DNA from: Acidobacteriota bacterium
GTDB taxonomy: Bacteria > Acidobacteriota > Vicinamibacteria > Vicinamibacterales > CAVVIG01
Assembly: GCA_003222535.1 (NCBI GenBank)
Contig: QHWJ01000336.1
Coordinates: forward strand, 6,026 to 70,025
DNA length: 64,000 bases
Direction: 5' to 3'
Of the stretch, positions 61,925-64,000 are shown one piece after another. Every line of letters begins with the position of its first letter. Within the stretch, counting starts at the first letter, position 1. The notes under the pieces were generated by a model. The model was not told the DNA's origin. It made no database searches and saw nothing but the letters and a program-made list of their open reading frames with translations. Both the position numbers and the translations under genes were made by a program.

Positions 61925-63313
61925 TTGATGAGGAGCGTGATGTACATCACGGGGAAACATCTTTCGAGGCGGACGGTCCTGAAGGGCCTTGGCGCAACGG
62001 TCGCGCTGCCGCTGCTCGACGCCATGGTGCCGGCGGGGACGGCATTCGCCGCCAGCGCTCGCAAGCTGCGACTCGTCGCGATGGAGATGGTGCACGGCTG
62101 CGCCGGCAGCACGGCGCTGGGCCTCAAGAAGAACCTGTGGTCGCCGGACCGAGCGGGCCGCGAGTTCGATCTCGGCCCGACCAGCCTGGCGGCGCTCGAT
62201 CCCTATCGCGACTACCTCACCATTGTCAGCAACACCGACGTGCACAACGCCGAAGCGTTCACGCCGCCGGAAATCGGCGGCGACCACTTCAGGTCGGCGG
62301 CGGTGTTCCTCACGCAGTCGCATCCGCATCAGACGCAGGGGTCGGACGTCCACGCCGGCACTTCGCTCGACCAGCTCTACGCGCAGAAAGTCAGGCTGGA
62401 GACGCCGATCCCCTCGATGCAGCTGTGTATCGAGAACATCGATCAGTCCGGCGGCTGTTTCTATGGCTACTCGTGCGCCTACACCGACTCGATCAGCTGG
62501 GCATCGCCCACCGAGCCGCTGCCGATGGTTCGCGATCCGCGTGCCGTGTTCGATCAGTTGTTCGGCGTCGGCGCGACGCCTGAAGCGCGCGCGCGGCGGC
62601 GGCGGAAGGACCGAAGCATCCTCGACTGGGTGGCCGGGTCGGTCAACGAGCTGAAGGCGAGCCTCGGGCCGGCCGACCGCGCGCGGCTCGGCGAGTACCT
62701 CGACGATGTGCGGGAGATCGAGCGGCGGATCCAGACGGTCGAGGCGTTCAACGCCGGCGGCGAAGCGCGCGAGCTGCCCATGGCTCCGATCGGCGTGCCT
62801 GATTCGTACGAAGAGCACGTCAGGCTGATGTTCGATCTGCAGGCGGTCGCCTTCGCCGCCGACATCACCCGCGTCTTCGCGTTCAAGTTGAGCCGCGACG
62901 TCTCCAACCGTGTGTTCGCCGGGACCGGCGTGACGACCGGTTTCCACATCGCCTCGCACCACAACGATCGCGAGGACCGCATCCTCGATTTCGCGAAGAT
63001 CAACAGGTACCACGTGAGCCTGCTTCCGTACTTCCTCGAGAAGCTGAAGCACACTCCAGATGGCGACGGCAGCCTGCTGGAGAACTCCTTGCTGATCTAC
63101 GGATCGCCCATGGGCAATCCGAACGTGCACAACCACAAGCGCTGTCCGTTGCTGCTGGCCGGCCACGCCGGCGGACAGCTGAAGGGCCATCAGCATGTGA
63201 AGGCGACGGATGGCACGCCTATGGCCGACGTGATGCTCGCGGCCCTTCAGAAGCTCGGGCTCGAGATCAGCAGTTTCGGAGACAGCTCCGGGAGCCTGGA
63301 ACTCAATGGCTAA
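61925..63313 (+). CDS. DUF1552-family protein (Tat-like signal)
   Basis: LSRRTVLKGLGATVALPLLDAM, then the typical DUF1552 body. Partner of the upstream DUF1592 gene. The start may be the ATG at 61940. Confidence 0.8.
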   Translation: MMRSVMYITGKHLSRRTVLKGLGATVALPLLDAMVPAGTAFAASARKLRLVAMEMVHGCAGSTALGLKKNLWSPDRAGREFDLGPTSLAALDPYRDYLTIVSNTDVHNAEAFTPPEIGGDHFRSAAVFLTQSHPHQTQGSDVHAGTSLDQLYAQKVRLETPIPSMQLCIENIDQSGGCFYGYSCAYTDSISWASPTEPLPMVRDPRAVFDQLFGVGATPEARARRRRKDRSILDWVAGSVNELKASLGPADRARLGEYLDDVREIERRIQTVEAFNAGGEARELPMAPIGVPDSYEEHVRLMFDLQAVAFAADITRVFAFKLSRDVSNRVFAGTGVTTGFHIASHHNDREDRILDFAKINRYHVSLLPYFLEKLKHTPDGDGSLLENSLLIYGSPMGNPNVHNHKRCPLLLAGHAGGQLKGHQHVKATDGTPMADVMLAALQKLGLEISSFGDSSGSLELNG

Positions 63314-63350
63314 CGGCTAACGGCTGATGGCTGATGGCTGATGGCTGATG
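63308..63350. repeat. tandem heptamer array (GGCTAAC)x2 (GGCTGAT)x4
   Basis: The TAA stop of DUF1552 (63311-63313) lies in unit 1. The unit is the reverse complement of the 20254-20303 array. A degenerate second run lies at 63445-63470. Confidence 0.9.
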
Positions 63351-63366
63351 CGTTTTGCGCGTTCGT

Positions 63367-63421
63367 GTAGCGCGAAGCCTTTAGGCGAGCGTCGTTCGCT
63401 CGGCCGAAGCCTTCGCGCTAC
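63367..63421. repeat. REPIN-like inverted doublet of REP hairpins
   Basis: GTAG-CGCGAAGCC-TTTA-GGCGAGCG ... TCGCTCGGC-CGAA-GCCTTCGCG-CTAC. Confidence 0.7.
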
Positions 63422-63471
63422 GGCGTCGTGCAAACCGCTTTAATGGCTGAGGGCTGATGGTTGTGGCTGAC

Positions 63472-64000
63472 ATGCGAAAGACCATGACTCTCTGCGCCGC
63501 GATCGCGGCGCTGTGCTTAGCAGACCATGGGCTGCTGGCCCCCGTGCTGCGCGCGGCGGCGATCGCACCGGTGGCTGATGCCGCCGAGCGTGGCGACAAA
63601 GAAGCGGTCCGCAGGCTGTTGAAGCAGGCCGTCGACGTCAACGCCGCGCAGGGCGACGGGATGACGGCCCTTCACTGGGCGGCGATGCATGGCGATGCCG
63701 ATCTGGCGGCCATGCTCCTGTATGCGGGCGCCAACGCGGGCGCGACGACGCGCCTCGGCGGGTACACGGCGCTGCACCTGGCGAGCCAGGCCGGCGCCGC
63801 GGCGGCGATCAAGACGCTGGCGGCCGCCGGCGCGAACGTGAACGCCTCCACATCGACCGGCGCGACGCCGTTGATGCTCGCCGCGACATCGGGCAAGGCC
63901 GACGCGGTTGACGCGCTCATCGAGCTGTCCGCCGATCCCAACGCGAAGGAGACCGCCAACGGTCAGACCGCGCTGATGTTCGCGGCGGCCCTCGATCGAG
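63472..64000 (+). CDS. ankyrin-repeat protein with signal peptide (5' part; runs off the window end)
   Basis: Absent from the ORF track. My translation: MRKTMTLCAAIAALCLA...GDGMTALHWAAMHGDADLAAMLLYAGANAGATTRLGGYTALHLASQAGAAAAIKTLAAAGANVNASTSTGATPLMLAA... Confidence 0.8.
   Translation, partial: MRKTMTLCAAIAALCLADHGLLAPVLRAAAIAPVADAAERGDKEAVRRLLKQAVDVNAAQGDGMTALHWAAMHGDADLAAMLLYAGANAGATTRLGGYTALHLASQAGAAAAIKTLAAAGANVNASTSTGATPLMLAATSGKADAVDALIELSADPNAKETANGQTALMFAAALDR

Noticed and set aside
59447-63196. A 1249-aa minus-strand ORF, the longest in the track, which could be taken for a giant novel protein.
   Set aside because: It is antisense to the DUF1592 and DUF1552 genes, which carry clear family motifs. 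Its translation is Arg/Ala/Gly/Pro-rich with no motifs. This is the typical shadow ORF of high-GC DNA, where stop codons are rare in the antisense frame.

Overview
This is a 64-kb, high-GC bacterial chromosomal segment (by eye about two-thirds G+C, with codons that mostly end in G or C). Several protein signatures suggest an Acidobacteriota-like soil bacterium, but this is inference only. They include a CarboxypepD_reg-type TonB-dependent receptor, a DUF1592/DUF1552 pair, a TIGR02999-like ECF sigma factor next to a Ser/Thr kinase, multi-PAS histidine kinases and many lipoproteins. I can support about 58 protein-coding genes or pseudogenes, mostly ordinary metabolism and transport. They include a partial ggt, MFS transporters, a GT2/cytidylyltransferase/sugar-isomerase operon, a HlyD/ABC/ABC-2/TetR efflux operon, vapBC and a CoA-transferase/SDR/MaoC cluster. 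They also include S9, M3 (pepF) and M1 peptidases, a NitT/TauT-type ABC importer with TauE, thrB-thrC and a nitrilase-family hydrolase. The rest include a quinone oxidoreductase, an FKBP, an aldo-keto reductase, an amino-acid permease, an amine oxidase, a rhodanese, a creatininase-like protein, an LTA-synthase-like sulfatase and a partial ankyrin protein. I found no rRNA, tRNA, CRISPR, transposase, integrase or phage genes. I do not see a convincing new multi-gene protein system, for defence or anything else. The unusual part is the non-coding layer, in four respects. (1) Many locus-specific tandem arrays of 7-9-nt units sit exactly on stop codons, often paired as inverted copies that form long hairpins. 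(2) REP/REPIN-like GC-rich hairpins carry GTAG/CTAC heads. (3) Both repeat types are inserted in frame inside housekeeping genes (thrC, an ABC ATPase and others). (4) At least six coding-sequence lesions (frameshifts, internal deletions, truncated remnants) occur in the window, including a Ser/Thr kinase that lacks its DFG region. All family assignments come from reading motifs by eye; no searches were run.
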